Positions 14,383-27,735 are shown, counted from the stretch's first letter. The stretch is 64,000 nt of DNA from Eledone cirrhosa (GCA_964016885.1 OZ024765.1:14322001-14386000); one strand, 5' to 3'. Notes: generated by a model not told the origin, from the letters alone. A program made the numbers and translations.

Positions 14383-14642
14383 TTGTCCCAAATCCAAAGT
14401 ATGGGTGCATAAAAGATGTAGTGGGATCACAGGTAAGCTATCGAAGAACGTAGATTTTATATGTGGCCGGTGCTCAGGTGCAATAAGTAGCAAGCGCCCA
14501 CAGGATACTAGCTCCTTCTATTGCCCAGATGGTTCTATGGAATAGTGGACACCTTACGTTACCTGGGTGACAAAATCAGCAATGGTGGAGGGTGCTCAGA
14601 AAGTACAGTAGCCAGAGTCAGAATGGGTGGAAAAAGTTCAAG
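14383..14642 (+). mobile_element. RTE-like LINE RT fragment with Cys/His finger insert
   Basis: CPKSKVWVHKRCSGITGKL..FICGRC followed by RYLGDKISNGGGCSESTVARVR. Confidence 0.75.
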
Positions 14643-14972
14643 ATAGTATACAATAACCAATACACAGTCACCCAAACACGAACACACATCAAACAAAACA
14701 CTATACACACACGCAAACGCATGCGCAGAGAAGACAAAAAAAAAAAGAAATAAACAAATAAATAAACAGACTAAATAAAGATGGTGTAGGCATACAATGC
14801 AATGGGAGGAAACATAATAGCACCACTGACGATGTTGCAGATGTGCAACGAAAGAACTTTGTTTATATATAGAGAGAATATGTAGAATCTCATCTATATT
14901 AAAACTTTTATACTCTGCTATGTATTGAGTACCTTACTTACTGTGGTTACCTCTGATTCAACCCGGGATAAC

Positions 14973-15032
<60 letters not shown>

Positions 15033-15454
15033 TCTCTAGTTCCCTTCTGAGCAAGGAAGATGGAAAAAAACTTACCTCAACATTTTAAATCTTTAATTTT
15101 TAGTTTTTAATTCTTTTTAATTGTAATACTCAACATTTGATAAGATGGATTTTAATAATACATCGAAACCGGTAATACTTTATATACTCTATATACATTA
15201 TATACTTCATATACATTATATACTTTATATACATTATATACTTTATATACATTATAAAACTCTTTTTTAAAAGAATTGTCCCTCTCATTTTTTCAATAAT
15301 GTCACCTTTTCAATAATGTCACTTTGACGAATCAAAGAAAGGATAAAAAGACCCTAAAATATATTTTCCATGCTATTTCCAACTTCACCTTTTCTCTCTC
15401 TCTATATATATATATGTATGTATATATGTATATATGTAGGTACTATGTATATAT

Positions 15455-16160
15455 GTTCTTCTGGTTTTATAATTTCACAAAGTTTTACCAATAGAGAGAG
15501 AGAGTTGGTTTCTAACATAGACACAAGGCTCTCTCGTTGGAATTTACACAACATCAACTAGGTAGATATGTATGCATGCATGCACGTGTATGTAGATATG
15601 GATGTTAGTGTATATGTGGATGTGGATGTTTTGAGTTGTATGTGTGCATGTGCATATGCTTTGTATCTGTACATGTGTATATGCATATGTATGTATGTAT
15701 TATGTATGTATGTTCTTCTGGTTTTATAATTTCACACATTTTTTCCCAGTAGAGAGAGAGTCAGTTTCTAACATAGACACAAGACTCTCTCGTTGGAATT
15801 TACACAACATCAACTAGGTAGGTATGTATGTATGCATGCATGTGTAGATATGGATGTTATTGTATGTGTGGATGTGTATGTTTTGAGTTGTATGTGTGCA
15901 TGTGTATATGCTTTGTATCTGTACATGTGTATATGCAGTTATTAGATGCAACATTTTTGGAATGTTTTACATATTTTTACTGTTCCATTAATGGATTGTA
16001 CTTGTAATTTCCTAACTAGTCGTGGTCCTTCTGTTCCTGTGAAGCCTAGCTTCTCAAGATTTGTATTGAGGCAGTTACTAACATACCCCAGAGCCCCAAT
16101 AATCACAGGTATAAATTTGAAGGTGTAATCAGGGTGGAGTATCTGCAGATTTCTCATCAT
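15455..16160 (-). mobile_element. R4/Dong-like non-LTR retrotransposon 3' end with duplicated 3' UTR
   Basis: FKFIPVIIGALGYV..LEKLGF..LQVQSINGTVKICKTF resembles the restriction-like endonuclease C-terminus; ~260-bp UTR repeated (15455-15700, 15712-15940), each ending aaaaccagaagaacata. Confidence 0.75.
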
Positions 16161-16438
16161 GTATGTGTGTATATATGTATGTGTGTGTATGTATGTATGT
16201 ATGTGTATGTGTGTATGTGTGTATGTATGTGTGTGTGTGTGTGTATGTATGTGTGTTTGTGTGTATGTGTGTATGTATGTATGTGTGTGTGTGTGTGTGT
16301 GTAAGTGTTAGGAAGGGCATCCAGTTATAGAAAACCAGCCAGAAACAGTCCTACATGAGCGAGACACGGTCACCTGACCAAACTTGCCTCAAATGAGACA
16401 AACCCGTCTAACCCATGCTAGCATGGGTTAGACGTTAA

Positions 16439-16469
<31 letters not shown>

Positions 16470-16473
<4 letters not shown>

Positions 16474-19400
16474 ATCCTTTACTCTCTACCCTTCTCTCTA
16501 TTTACATCTCTCTCTTAACTTCTCTCCCTCTCTACTCCATACACTCTCTCTCTCCCTTACTCCCCCTCTCTACTCCAGCCTGTCTCTCTCTCTTACTCCC
16601 CCTCTCTTTTCCAGCCTCGCTCTTCCCCTCTCTTCCTCACTTCTCTATCCTCTCTTTCCCTCTTTCCTCCATCCTTTATTTCTCTACCATCCTCTCTCAC
16701 CACCCCCTCTTATCACTCTTCTCATCATCCTCTCTCTCCTCCCCCCCCTCTCACCCTCCTCTACCTCAACCCCTCTCTCCTCCACCCTCTCTCTCACTCC
16801 CTCACTCACCACCCTCCCTCTCACTCCCTCACTCTCTCTCACTCCTCACTCACTCTCTCACGCACATCCTCTCTCTCACTCCCTCGCCATCTCTCTTACA
16901 ACCCCTCTCGCTCCCCCTGTCCCCCCCTCTCCCCTTCCTCATCATCCCCTTCACAAACCTCACCCCCCTCTCTCTCTCCTCACATCTCTCTCTCACTCTC
17001 ACTCACGTCCTCTCCCTATCACTCATCCACCTCCCCCACCCCTCACTCCCCCCTATCCCTCTCTCACTCATCCCCCTCCCCCACCCCCTCACTCACCCCT
17101 CCTATCCCTCTCTCACTCACTCCCCACCCCATCATCCTCTTCACAAACCACTATTTCCCACATATTCCCGTGTGAGAATTTATGGAATAAAAACAAAAAA
17201 AAAACAGTCAAAAACAGTAAAAAAAACCCTCAGAAATTCTTTAAAATAAACTTTTTATCTTTCGTTTTCTCTGTCTTTTACAGTCATATTTTCACAATAT
17301 ATTTATCAGTTTAGCTTAGAAAACAATAACAACAACACATACACCACTACCACCACCTCCACCACCACCATCACTACCAGAACATTCACCACAAACACCA
17401 CCACTACCACCATCACTACCACCACCACCACTACCAGAACATTCACCACAAACACCACCACCACCACCTTCACTACCACCACCACCACCATCACTACCAG
17501 AACATCCATCACAAACAACACCATCACCACCATCACTACCACCACCACCACCATCACTAGCACCACCCCACCACCATCACTACCAGAACATTCATCACAA
17601 ACACTACCACCACCACCTTCACTACCACCACCACCACCACCACCACCACTACCATCACTACCACCATCACTAGCACCACCCCACCACCACCCCACCACCA
17701 TCACTACCAGACCATTCATCACAAACACCACCACCACCACCATCACTACCACCACCATCACTACCACCATCACTACCAGAACATCCATCACAAACAACAC
17801 CACCACCACCATCACTACCACCACCACCATCACCACTACCACCATCACTAGCACCACCCCACCACCACCACCAACACTACCACCACCACCACCACCTTCA
17901 CTACCACCACCACCACCACCACTACCAGAACATCCATCACAAACAACACCACCACCACCATCACTACCACCACCACCACCACCACCACCACCACCACCAC
18001 CACCATCACTACCACCACCATCACTACCACCACCATCACTACCACTACCACCACCACCATCACTAGCACCACCCCACCACCACCACCATCACTCCACCAC
18101 CACCATCATCACTAGCACCACCCCACCACCACCACCATCAGCACCAGCACTACCACTGCCACCATCATCACCACCACCATCACCACAACCATCATCACTG
18201 CCACCACCACCATCAGCATCACCACCACCACCACCACTACCAACACGTATGTGTGTATGCATATGTGTGTATGCATGTGTGTGTGCATCCCTGAGTATGT
18301 GTGTGTATATGTGTGTGAGTGTGTTGTATAAGTGTGTGTGTGTTTTGTGTGAGTGTGAGAATGTATAAGTGTGTGTGTGTGCATATGTGCACATGCATAT
18401 GTGCATGTGTGTATGTGTGTGTATAGGCATGTGAATGTGCATATGTTAATGTGTATATGTGTATATGTGTATATACATGCATGTGTATGTGTGTATAGGT
18501 GAGTGAACATATTCGTGTATGTATGTGTATATGTGTGTATGTATGTATGTGTGTACATGCACGTGAGTGTGCGTGTATGTGTGCATAGGTGTGAGTGGGT
18601 ATGTGCGTATAAATACGTGTATGTATGTGTATAGGTGTGCGTATGCATGTGTGTGTGTATGTATGTATAGGTGTGTGTATGCATGTGTATGTATGTATAG
18701 GTGTGCGTATGCATGTGTGTGTATGTATGTATAGGTGTGTGTATGCATGTGTATGTATGTATAGGTGTGCGTATGCATGTGTGTGTATGTATGTATAGGT
18801 GTGTGTATGCATGTGTATGTATGTATAGGTGTGTGTATGCATGTGTATGTATGTGTAGGTGTGTGTATGCATGTGTATGTATGTATAGGTGTGTGTGAGT
18901 GCATGTGCGTATATATATATATATATATATATATACGCACATACCATATATATATGATGAGTGAGTTTGTGTGTCCATATATATATATGCGTGTATGTGT
19001 GTGTATATGCATGCACGTGTGTATGTATGTGTGTGTGTATAAGTGTATGTCTGTGTACATGTGTATGTGTATGTGTGTATAAGTGTGTGTGAGTGTGTAT
19101 GTGTGTGTGTGTATGTGTGTGTACATGTACATGTGTATGTGTGTATGTATTTGTGTATAGGTGTGTATGAGTGTGTATGTGTGTGTATGCGTGTGTATAT
19201 GTCCATATGTATGTGTGTATATGTGTGTATGTATGTGAGTGTGTGTGTACATGTCCATGTGTTTGTGTGTATGTGTGTATGTGTGTATGTGTGTATATGT
19301 GTAAGTGTATGTGTGTATGTGTGTATATGTGAGTATGTACGTGTGTATGTATGTGTACATGTCCATGTGTATGTGTGTGTATATGTTGTCCATGTCTATG

Positions 19401-19920
19401 TGTGTATGTGTATGTGTGTATGTGTGTGTATATGTCCATGTGTATGTGCGTATAGATGTATGTGTGAATGTATGTGTGTTTGTGAATGTATGTGTGTATG
19501 TATGTGTGTAAGTATGTGAGTAAGTCCATGTGTATGTGTGTGTATGTGTGCGAATATGTCCATGTGTATCTGTGTGTGTGTGTGTGTATGTCCGTGTGTG
19601 TATGTGTGTGTATATGTCCATGTGTAAGTATGTGTGTGTGTGTATGTGTGTGTGTATGTGTGTATATGTCCATGTGTTTGTGTGCATGTGTGTATGTGTG
19701 TGTGTATGTGTCCATGTGTTTATGTGTATGTGTGTGTATATGTCCATGTGTATGTATGTGTGTGTGTATGTGTGTATTTGTGTGTATATGTCCATGTGTT
19801 TGTGTGCATGTGTATGTGTGTGTATATGTCCATGTGTATGTATGTATGTGTGTATGTGTATGTGTATGTGTGTGTGTATGTGTGTATAGGTGTGTATGTA
19901 TGTGTCCATGTGTTTGTGCG
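16470..19920. repeat. CT-rich, (ACC)n and (GT/GTAT)n low-complexity tracts
   Basis: Direct inspection. Confidence 0.9.
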
Positions 19921-19932
19921 TTTCCTTCTTGC

Positions 19933-19977
19933 CAGTGAAGTAATAATGTCAAGTTTATCAGGAAGTCCATCCATGAC
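19933..19977 (-). CDS. Possible optional 45-nt exon (VMDGLPDKLDIITSL or SWMDFLINLTLLLH) with GC donor
   Basis: Acceptor attatgtag|G, CTG|gcaag; unique island between (GT)n tracts; phase link to the last exon unresolved. Confidence 0.25.
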
Positions 19978-20021
19978 CTACATAATGGGTTGGTTCTCAG
20001 GGATTAGAATGATCACACACA

Positions 20022-20064
<43 letters not shown>

Positions 20065-20088
20065 TTAATAATTATTATAAACAAATAC

Positions 20089-20276
20089 GGCGGTGAATTG
20101 GCAGTATCGGGAGAGGGTCGGACATGCTTTCCAGCACAGAGTTACGTCCCTTTACGATCCGAGTTTAAATCCAGCCGAGGTTAACTTTGCCTTTCATCCT
20201 TACGGGGTCGATAAAATAAAGTACCAGTAATGCACTGGATAATTGCTGGCCTTGTGCTTAAAATAGAAACAATTAT
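20089..20276 (+). mobile_element. SINE family A
   Basis: ggcggtgaattggcagt...gcctttcatccttacggggtcgataaaataaagtaccag...tagaaacaatt. Confidence 0.85.
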
Positions 20277-20282
20277 AAACAA

Positions 20283-20321
<39 letters not shown>

Positions 20322-20621
20322 ATATATAAGATCAAAAGATGGTTAAAAGAGTTCCATGTATTTTATTATGCGCATTTCAAAAACAAATATCATCATGCAA
20401 TAATATTTGTGTTTTCATCAGATAAAACAGGAAGACATGATATGAAGGTTAAAAAACACTTGTGGATAGTGCAGTTTTAAATCAACATACTCCAGTCCTA
20501 CAAACTGTAGAGTGCTTCTTATCCGATATCTGCATTGCTTTATTGTACTACAATAAAACTCACCTCCTACATATATATATGATGGCTACCCCCTCGTTAT
20601 CGAGTATGGCCATTATCATTA

Positions 20622-20812
20622 GGGCGGTGGATTGGCAGTATCGGTAGAGGGTCGGACACCATGCTTTGCAGCAAAGAGTTACGGCCCTTTACGGTCTGAG
20701 TTCAAATCCCGCCGAGGTTAACTTTGATTTTCATCCTTATGGGGTTGACAAAATAAAGTACCAGTAATACACTGGGATAATTGCTGGCCTTGTGCCTAAA
20801 GTAGAAACAATT
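20622..20812 (+). mobile_element. SINE family A (tRNA-like head, B-box gagttcaaatccc)
   Basis: Full-length copy; about ten further full or partial copies in the window. Confidence 0.85.
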
Positions 20813-21702
20813 GTTAATAATTATTAATTAATTCTGTGGATTGGCTTTGACGCATAGAGTTACATATATGTATGTCTGTTATATATATATATGTATATAT
20901 ATATGCATGTATATATATATATATATAGGAAAAAGTATGACCCCAACGGCAGAGCTCAAGCCGTTTCGACGGCTATTTCTGGACTGAATATTTCAGTCCA
21001 GAAATAGCCGTCGAAACGACTTGAGCTCTGCCATCGGGGTCATACTTTTTCCTATTTCCCACTCTACTACCCTAAGTATTGAGTACTCTCGTGCGTTATG
21101 GTCCATCTGGTTCCTTACCATAATTCCTTTGTTATATATATATATATATATGGGGCAATAAATAATTCCAACCTTGACTATCAATGCATCTCTCTAAAAG
21201 TAACCAGTATAATAAAACCCCTACCATAACATTTTGATTAAGATATCTACAAACCACTCTCTCCTATTTCTCCAACCCCTGCATATCTTTCTCTCTCTCT
21301 CCCTCTCCCCTACTTTTCTCTCTTCCTTTTCAACTCTATCTTCTCCAATAACCTCACTTAAGGGTATTTACATTGTACATTTTAACCATTCTGCTCTGAT
21401 GATACAGTGGTCACAGCATTTGATATTTGAGTTCTGCAAATAGTTGAAAATTTGCACATAGCATAACTAGGCTGTATTACCACCGTGGAAACATTTGTAA
21501 GCACACGGAATAAATTACCTTTTTTATGATGTCTACCTGTTATTATTCATTCTTTATCTACACTCCGGAATACAGAAGGATCAGGAACTAAGTTTCTTCA
21601 ACAATTCTTCCACAACTCGTTGAGTAACCTCTCACCATACGTCAACCATATCCAGTGTAGTAATTAACCATTACTGCATCTAGGATAATCCTATACCTAA
21701 TA

Positions 21703-22130
21703 GTGGAGTCTGTGCTGCTGTATGGGTCTGAGACTTGGACACTGACCAAGAGACTCACTCAGATGGTGGATGGGTGCTACACGAGAATGCTGAGGATGGC
21801 TCTGAACATTAATCAGTATACACTGAGGATGAAAAACTCAGAGCTGTATGGGAGCATCCCAAAAGTCAGCTCAAAAGTGACACAGAGGAGACTGAGGTTG
21901 GCTGGACATGCTCACCGACATCCAGAGTTGACATTGCACTCAGTGCTCCTTTGGGAGCCCCTGCATGGACACACTAGAAGAGGAAGACCAAGGTTAACAT
22001 ATGTTGATGCCCTAAGGACAGACACTGGTCTGTTGGAGATGCAGGATATGGCAGCGATAATGAGGGACAGAGACCGCTGGAGAGAACTCGTCCATGGATC
22101 TCGGGAATTTTACCCGCCTTAGATAGATAG
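21703..22130 (+). mobile_element. RTE LINE 3' fragment (open 139-aa frame)
   Basis: ESVLLYGSETWTLT..DGCYTRMLRMALNI..RRLRLAGH..GRPRLTYVD; (TAGA)n tail. Confidence 0.9.
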
Positions 22131-22346
22131 ATATATTCTTAGTAAAAATGAGAAAACTTGGTCTATGGAAGCTGTTAAAACAGCAAAATACCATCGACGT
22201 GACGTTGGGTAAAATATTACCTGGAAGGACAGAGATCAGCGGCGAGATGTGAGTTGACTCAAAGGAAGAGGAGATAGGAAGGAGGAAAAAGAATGAATGA
22301 AAGTAAACAGGTTGCAAACATTAAAATATGCCCGTCAGATCTCAAC

Positions 22347-22377
22347 CTCCTGCAATTTTGATGAATTAATGAGATTC
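22347..22377 (-). CDS. Possible alternative exon ((R)NLINSSKLQE, or read-through ...EVEI*)
   Basis: Good acceptor ctcttgttctccgcag|G in phase 2; weak donor gttgag; TGA at 22335-22337 if terminal. Confidence 0.3.
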
Positions 22378-22479
22378 CTGCGGAGAACAAGAGGCTCGTA
22401 ATGGAGAAATAAATATCTTCGTTCATATAATAATGATTAATGATACACACACAATAATATTTCTTCTCTGAAGATTCTA

Positions 22480-22652
22480 AGAAAATATTCTTTATAATAA
22501 TGTGTGAAAATATTCTTTATATGTGAAAATATTCTTTATAATAATATGTGAAAATATTCTTTATAATAATATGTGAAAATATTCTTTATAATAATGTGTG
22601 AAAATATTCTTTATAATAATATGTGAAAATATTCTTTATAATAATGTGTGAA
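22480..22652. repeat. 25-bp AT-rich minisatellite (tgtgaaaatattctttataataata)
   Basis: Direct inspection, ~7 copies. Confidence 0.9.
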
Positions 22653-22705
22653 ATCCTTGGTACAGTTAGGTATATTTAAAATAGGAAAAGAATGACTTCA
22701 CTTGC

Positions 22706-23212
22706 TACATGACCACTTTACAGTGTGGACTGGGTGCTTTTTGTTGTGACACCTACACAACCACTTTACAGTGTGGACTGGGTGCTTTTTGCCGTGACAC
22801 CTACACAACCACTTTACAGTGTGGACTGGATGCTTTTTGCCGTGTCTCCTACATGACCACTTTACAGTGTGGACTGGGTGCTTTTTGTCGTGACACCTAC
22901 ATGACCACTTTACAGTGTGGACCGGGTGCTTTTTGTCATGACACCTACATGACCACTTTACAGTGTGGACTGGGTGCTTTTTATCGTGACACCTACATGA
23001 CCATTTTACAGTGTGGACCAGGTGCTTTTTGTGACACCTACATGACTACTTTACAGTGTGGACTGGGTGCTTTTTGTCGTACCACCTACATGACCACTTT
23101 ACAGTGTGGACCGGGTGCTTTTTGTCATGACACCTACATGACCACTTTACAGTGTGGACTGGGTGCTTTTTGTCGAGACACCTACATGACCACTTTACAG
23201 TGTGGACTGGGT
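22706..23212 (-). repeat. 48-bp tandem array (~10 copies) from SINE B internal segment
   Basis: Unit gaccactttacagtgtggactgggtgctttttgtcgtgacacctacat matches SINE B internal sequence. Confidence 0.9.
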
Positions 23213-23572
23213 GGTCTGTGGTAGCAACATAACTTTACAGAGAAAGGGTGGTTTGGGCAGAAGTGGGAGGATAGGGCAAGAGGTGTAGAGTGGGGTATAT
23301 ATATAAATATATATATATAGTTCTTTACACATTTTATATTCTTGGTCATGTTTACATCTGAAAGCTATGACATATAATTTATATTGTTAGACATTCAATG
23401 TCGTGATAAGTTATGCTGATAAGGAAACAATAGACTAGCAAAAAATTAAGGAAATGGAAAATTTATATGCTCACACACACACACACACACATATATATAA
23501 GTATACATATATATACATGTAAATATATCATCATTATCATCATTTAACGTCTATCTTCCACGCTAGCATGGG

Positions 23573-23610
<38 letters not shown>

Positions 23611-24360
23611 GGTGTTGGATGCTTAAAGCGTCCGTATGCGGGAGGCCATTTGAGCACTCAATGCTCTCATAGAGCAGAGTATGATATCACAAAGAAAGGA
23701 GAATCAGTGTTGCGACGAATGGAATTTATTGGACATATTACAATCGTTTCTCTGGCGACCAGCTTGATGCACGATCGATGTGATGATCGAACCTGACTCT
23801 GAAAATCGCAAGGTCCTCAGATACGTCTTGATTCTGTGAAGCAGATTAGGAAAATCTGCTTCATATATATATATATTTGTTTTGCAATATTTTTGATATG
23901 AAATCGTGTGTTGAAACAAATATTGTTATACTTGGGGAGGGTCATATTGTTATAATATTGCCAGAAATAATAATAGAACCCACTCACTGTTTGGTTTGGA
24001 TTGGTTTTCGCTTCTGTATCTTTTATATCTCCATAGTTAATTTATTTGGCAATCAATGATAAACATTTATTGCCAGATAAATTAACTATGGAGATATAAA
24101 ATATTCAGCAGCGAAAACCAATCCAAACCAAACAGTGAGTAGGTTCTATTATTATTTCTCGTAATATTATAACAATATGACCCTCCCCAAATATAACAAT
24201 ATATATATATAGAGAGAGAGGTAGAACACTGGAAGGTAATATCCGTAGTGGTAGAGTACTCAGTCCATGGGGTGAGTTAGATAGAAGTGGTTACACAACA
24301 ATTGTTCTTGGTATGGTGAACTAACTGTTGTGTAACCACTTATATATATATGTATGTATA

Positions 24361-24612
24361 TATTGTTATATTGAGGCTAGCTGGACATGCTCACCAACAT
24401 CCAGAGTTGAAACTGCACTCAGTGCTCCTGTGGGAGCCCCTACATGGACACACTGTAAGAGGAAGACCAAGGTTAACATATGTTGATGTCCTAAGGACAG
24501 ACACTGGTCTCTTGGAGACACGGGACATGGCAGCGATAATGAGGGACAGAGACCGCTGGAGAGAACTCATCCATGGATCTCGGGAATTTTACCCGCCCTA
24601 GATAGATAGATA
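24361..24612 (+). mobile_element. RTE LINE 3' fragment
   Basis: Same family as 21703 copy; (TAGA)n tail. Confidence 0.85.
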
Positions 24613-24919
24613 GATATATAATATATATATATATATATATAATATATTAACAAATGGAAACTATATTTATAAAACCATATTTATTTTATTATATGTGAAA
24701 CTCCTCTCTACTCTATACAGTTATGCTGTGATTGTCAACTTATTTACAGAGTGTACTGGGTGTATTTTATGGAGGTGTCACGACACCAGAGAAGCTGACA
24801 TACAACTGACACATGTAAAATATGTTGAGAGTAGATCATAAGTAAAATGATATTTAAAGCTAAAAACAACAAAATCATGTATTCTGCTATATAATGAACA
24901 CATATATATATATATGTAT

Positions 24920-24969
<50 letters not shown>

Positions 24970-25798
24970 GCTAGCGTGGAAGATGGACGTTAAATGATGA
25001 TGATGATGATGATATATACATATATAAATATATATACACATATATACATACACACATATATATACATACACATATATATACATGCATATATATACATATG
25101 CATATGTATACATATGCATATGTATACATATATACGCATGAATATATATTCATACATATATACATATAATTACATATGCATATATATATACATATATATA
25201 TATATACACACATATGCTTATATATATACATATATATATATACACACATATATGCATACATATATACATATATATATACACACACATACATATATGTATA
25301 CATACATACACATATGCATATATATACATACACATATGCATATATATACATACACATATGCATATATATACATACACATATGCATATATATATGCATATA
25401 TATATATATATATTTGTATATATACATATATATATATATGCATATATATATCCACATATATAAATATATGCATACACACATATACATATACAAATATATG
25501 CATACACCCACACACACATAGACACACACATATATATATATATATACACACACATACACACATATATAACCACAAAACATGTTAGAATGTAATACAAGTT
25601 ATAGCTGGTGTCACAGTAACATTTTTCTCAAACCTATCAACTACACAACATCTCAATTTCTATAGACTATAGTATAGTCACTATAGTCGCTATAGTTACT
25701 ATAGTTACTATAGTCACTATATTCAGTAGAACCTATTCTATTACAGTCTCAAATTTTGAAAGTTTTCTTTTTTCTCCTGTTTGTTTTTTGTTGTTTAA

Positions 25799-26373
25799 CC
25801 CTTTAATGTTCAAACCATTCAAAACCGGCCAGAATTCTCTACCTCTTTCTGTTGAAACTGGCTGTAACTGGTCTCTCAAACTGATGTTAAGGTACTGTTC
25901 TTAAAATAAATACTTTCAAAATCTCACATTCGATATTATCTGAGATATTATGTGAGGTAAAGCCTTTACCATGAAAATACAATAGTATATATAGAGTAAT
26001 GTAAATGTTATGTGAGATATAATTTGAGGTAAAGCCTTTACCATGAAAATACAATAGTATATATAGAGTAATGTGAATGTCATGTGAGATATTATGCAAG
26101 GTAAAGCCTTTACCATGAAAATACAATAGTAAATATAGAGTAATGTAAATGTTATGTGAGATATTGTGAGGTAAAGCCTTTACTGTGGAAATATAATAGT
26201 ATATATAGAGTCATGTAAATGTTATGTGAGATATTATGTGAGGTAAAGCCTTTACTGTGAAAATACAATAGTATATATAGAGTAACGTAAATGTTATGTG
26301 AGATATCATGTGAGGTAAAGCCTTTACCATGAAAATACAATAGTATATATAGAGTAATGTGAATGCTAAAGGG
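25799..26373 (+). mobile_element. piggyBac-like non-autonomous element with ~6 internal 72-bp repeats
   Basis: TTAA|CCCTTTAATGTTCA ... TGAATGCTAAAGGG|TTAA: TTAA on both sides and imperfect CCCTTTA TIRs. Confidence 0.75.
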
Positions 26374-26566
26374 TTAACTAAAGAAAAGACAAAGGAAAAA
26401 AGGGGGTATTTCGATATTTCATAAAGTAGGCCCAGAAAAATGTGGAGGTCGGTGTAAAAGCCAAACTCGGTATCTTCAATTCGGTATTCATGCCAACCCT
26501 GGGTATAATTGCAGGAACTGTTGCAGTAATGCGCCAGCTTCAGCATTTGGTAATCCACAAACACAC

Positions 26567-26647
26567 CTTGCCCAGGCTTGTGTTTCACAGGGGAACTTTG
26601 TGGGTGTAATTTCCATGGTCATTTGTGACCGAAGATAAGGCCTAGGA
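26567..26647 (-). CDS. Host gene exon, 81 nt ((F)PRPYLRSQMTMEITPTKFPCETQAWA(R))
   Basis: Acceptor tctctcttctctgtctgtag|T, donor AAG|gtgtgt; phase 2-2; open in the joined frame. Confidence 0.75.
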
Positions 26648-26699
26648 CTACAGACAGAGAAGAGAGACTGGTATACTGGGCTGACAGCTGGTCTTGCAC

Positions 26700-27120
26700 A
26701 AACACACCTTGTTCAGGCTTTTGCCTCGAAGGGGACAATCTGGGTGTAAAACCATGTTGATTTGTGACCGAAGGTGGGGCCTACGACAACAGACAGGTAG
26801 AAAGATGATGCATGGAGAGGGTGGATGGAGAGGGGGGATGGTATGGAGAGGGTGGATGGAGAGGGGGGATGGTATGTAGGGATGTCTGGTGGTCTTCGAC
26901 AAACACACCTTGTTCAGGCTTGTCCCTCAGAGGGGAACTTTGTGGGGGTAAAACCATGGTTATTTGTGACCGAAGGTGGGGCCTACGACAACAGACAGAG
27001 AAGGGATACTGGTATGAGGGGTGACTGTTGGTCTTCCACAAACACACCTAGCCCAGGTTTTTTTGCCTTGGAGCAGAACTTTCTGGGTGTAAATTCCATG
27101 GGTCATTTGTGACGGAAGGG
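26700..27120 (-). pseudogene. Three degenerate tandem copies of exon 26567-26647 with flanking intron
   Basis: Each keeps the donor flank; acceptor ctgtag changed to ctgttg in copies 2-3; indels shift the frame. Confidence 0.7.
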
Positions 27121-27582
27121 ACTCTTTACCCTTTACCCTTCATAATTTTATGTAAAAAGGTCAAATAGTTTGGATATGTCTGTCTATTGGTGATAGATGG
27201 GTTTTGTTGGTGGTGTGGGGAGGATGGGATGGTGGTGGTGGCAGTAGTGGTGGTGGTAGTGGTGGTAATAGAGGTTGTAGTAGTAGTAGTGGTGGTGGTG
27301 GTGGTAGTAGTAGTGGTGGTAGTAGTGGTAGTAGTGGTTGTAGTAGTAGTAGTAGTGGTAGTAGTAGTAGTAGTAATAGTAGCAGTGGTGTTGGTAGTAG
27401 TAGTAGTAGTAGTAGTAGTAGTAATAGTAGCAGTGGTGTTGGTAGTAGTAGTAGTAGTAGTAGCAGTGGTGTTGGTAGTAGTAGTAGTAGTAGTAGTAGC
27501 AGTGGTGTTGGTAGTAGTAGCAGTAGTGGTGGTGGTAGTAGTAGTAGTGGTGGTAGTAGTGGTAGTATTAGCAGTGGTGTTG

Positions 27583-27630
<48 letters not shown>

Positions 27631-27661
27631 TCAACTGTTGCTATGGAAGCAGTAGACATAC

Positions 27662-27686
27662 AATAGTGGGTGTGTCTGAAACAAAC
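27662..27686 (-). CDS. Host gene microexon, 25 nt ((G)LFQTHPL(F))
   Basis: Acceptor tttgtttatattatcag|G, donor TT|gtatgt; phase 1-2 links the neighbouring exons. Confidence 0.7.
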
Positions 27687-27735
27687 CTGATAATATAAAC
27701 AAAGATACTACTACTACTACTGCTACTACTACAGA

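Noticed and set aside
22192-22220. Extra microexon ttccag|GTAATATTTTACC...
   Set aside because: Gives a stop or unresolved phase, and adjoins an old repeat also seen near 49490
26567-26600. CETQAW match to the glycogen debranching enzyme C-terminus
   Set aside because: Only six residues; flanking sequence does not resemble what I recall of that enzyme, so no gene symbol is assigned
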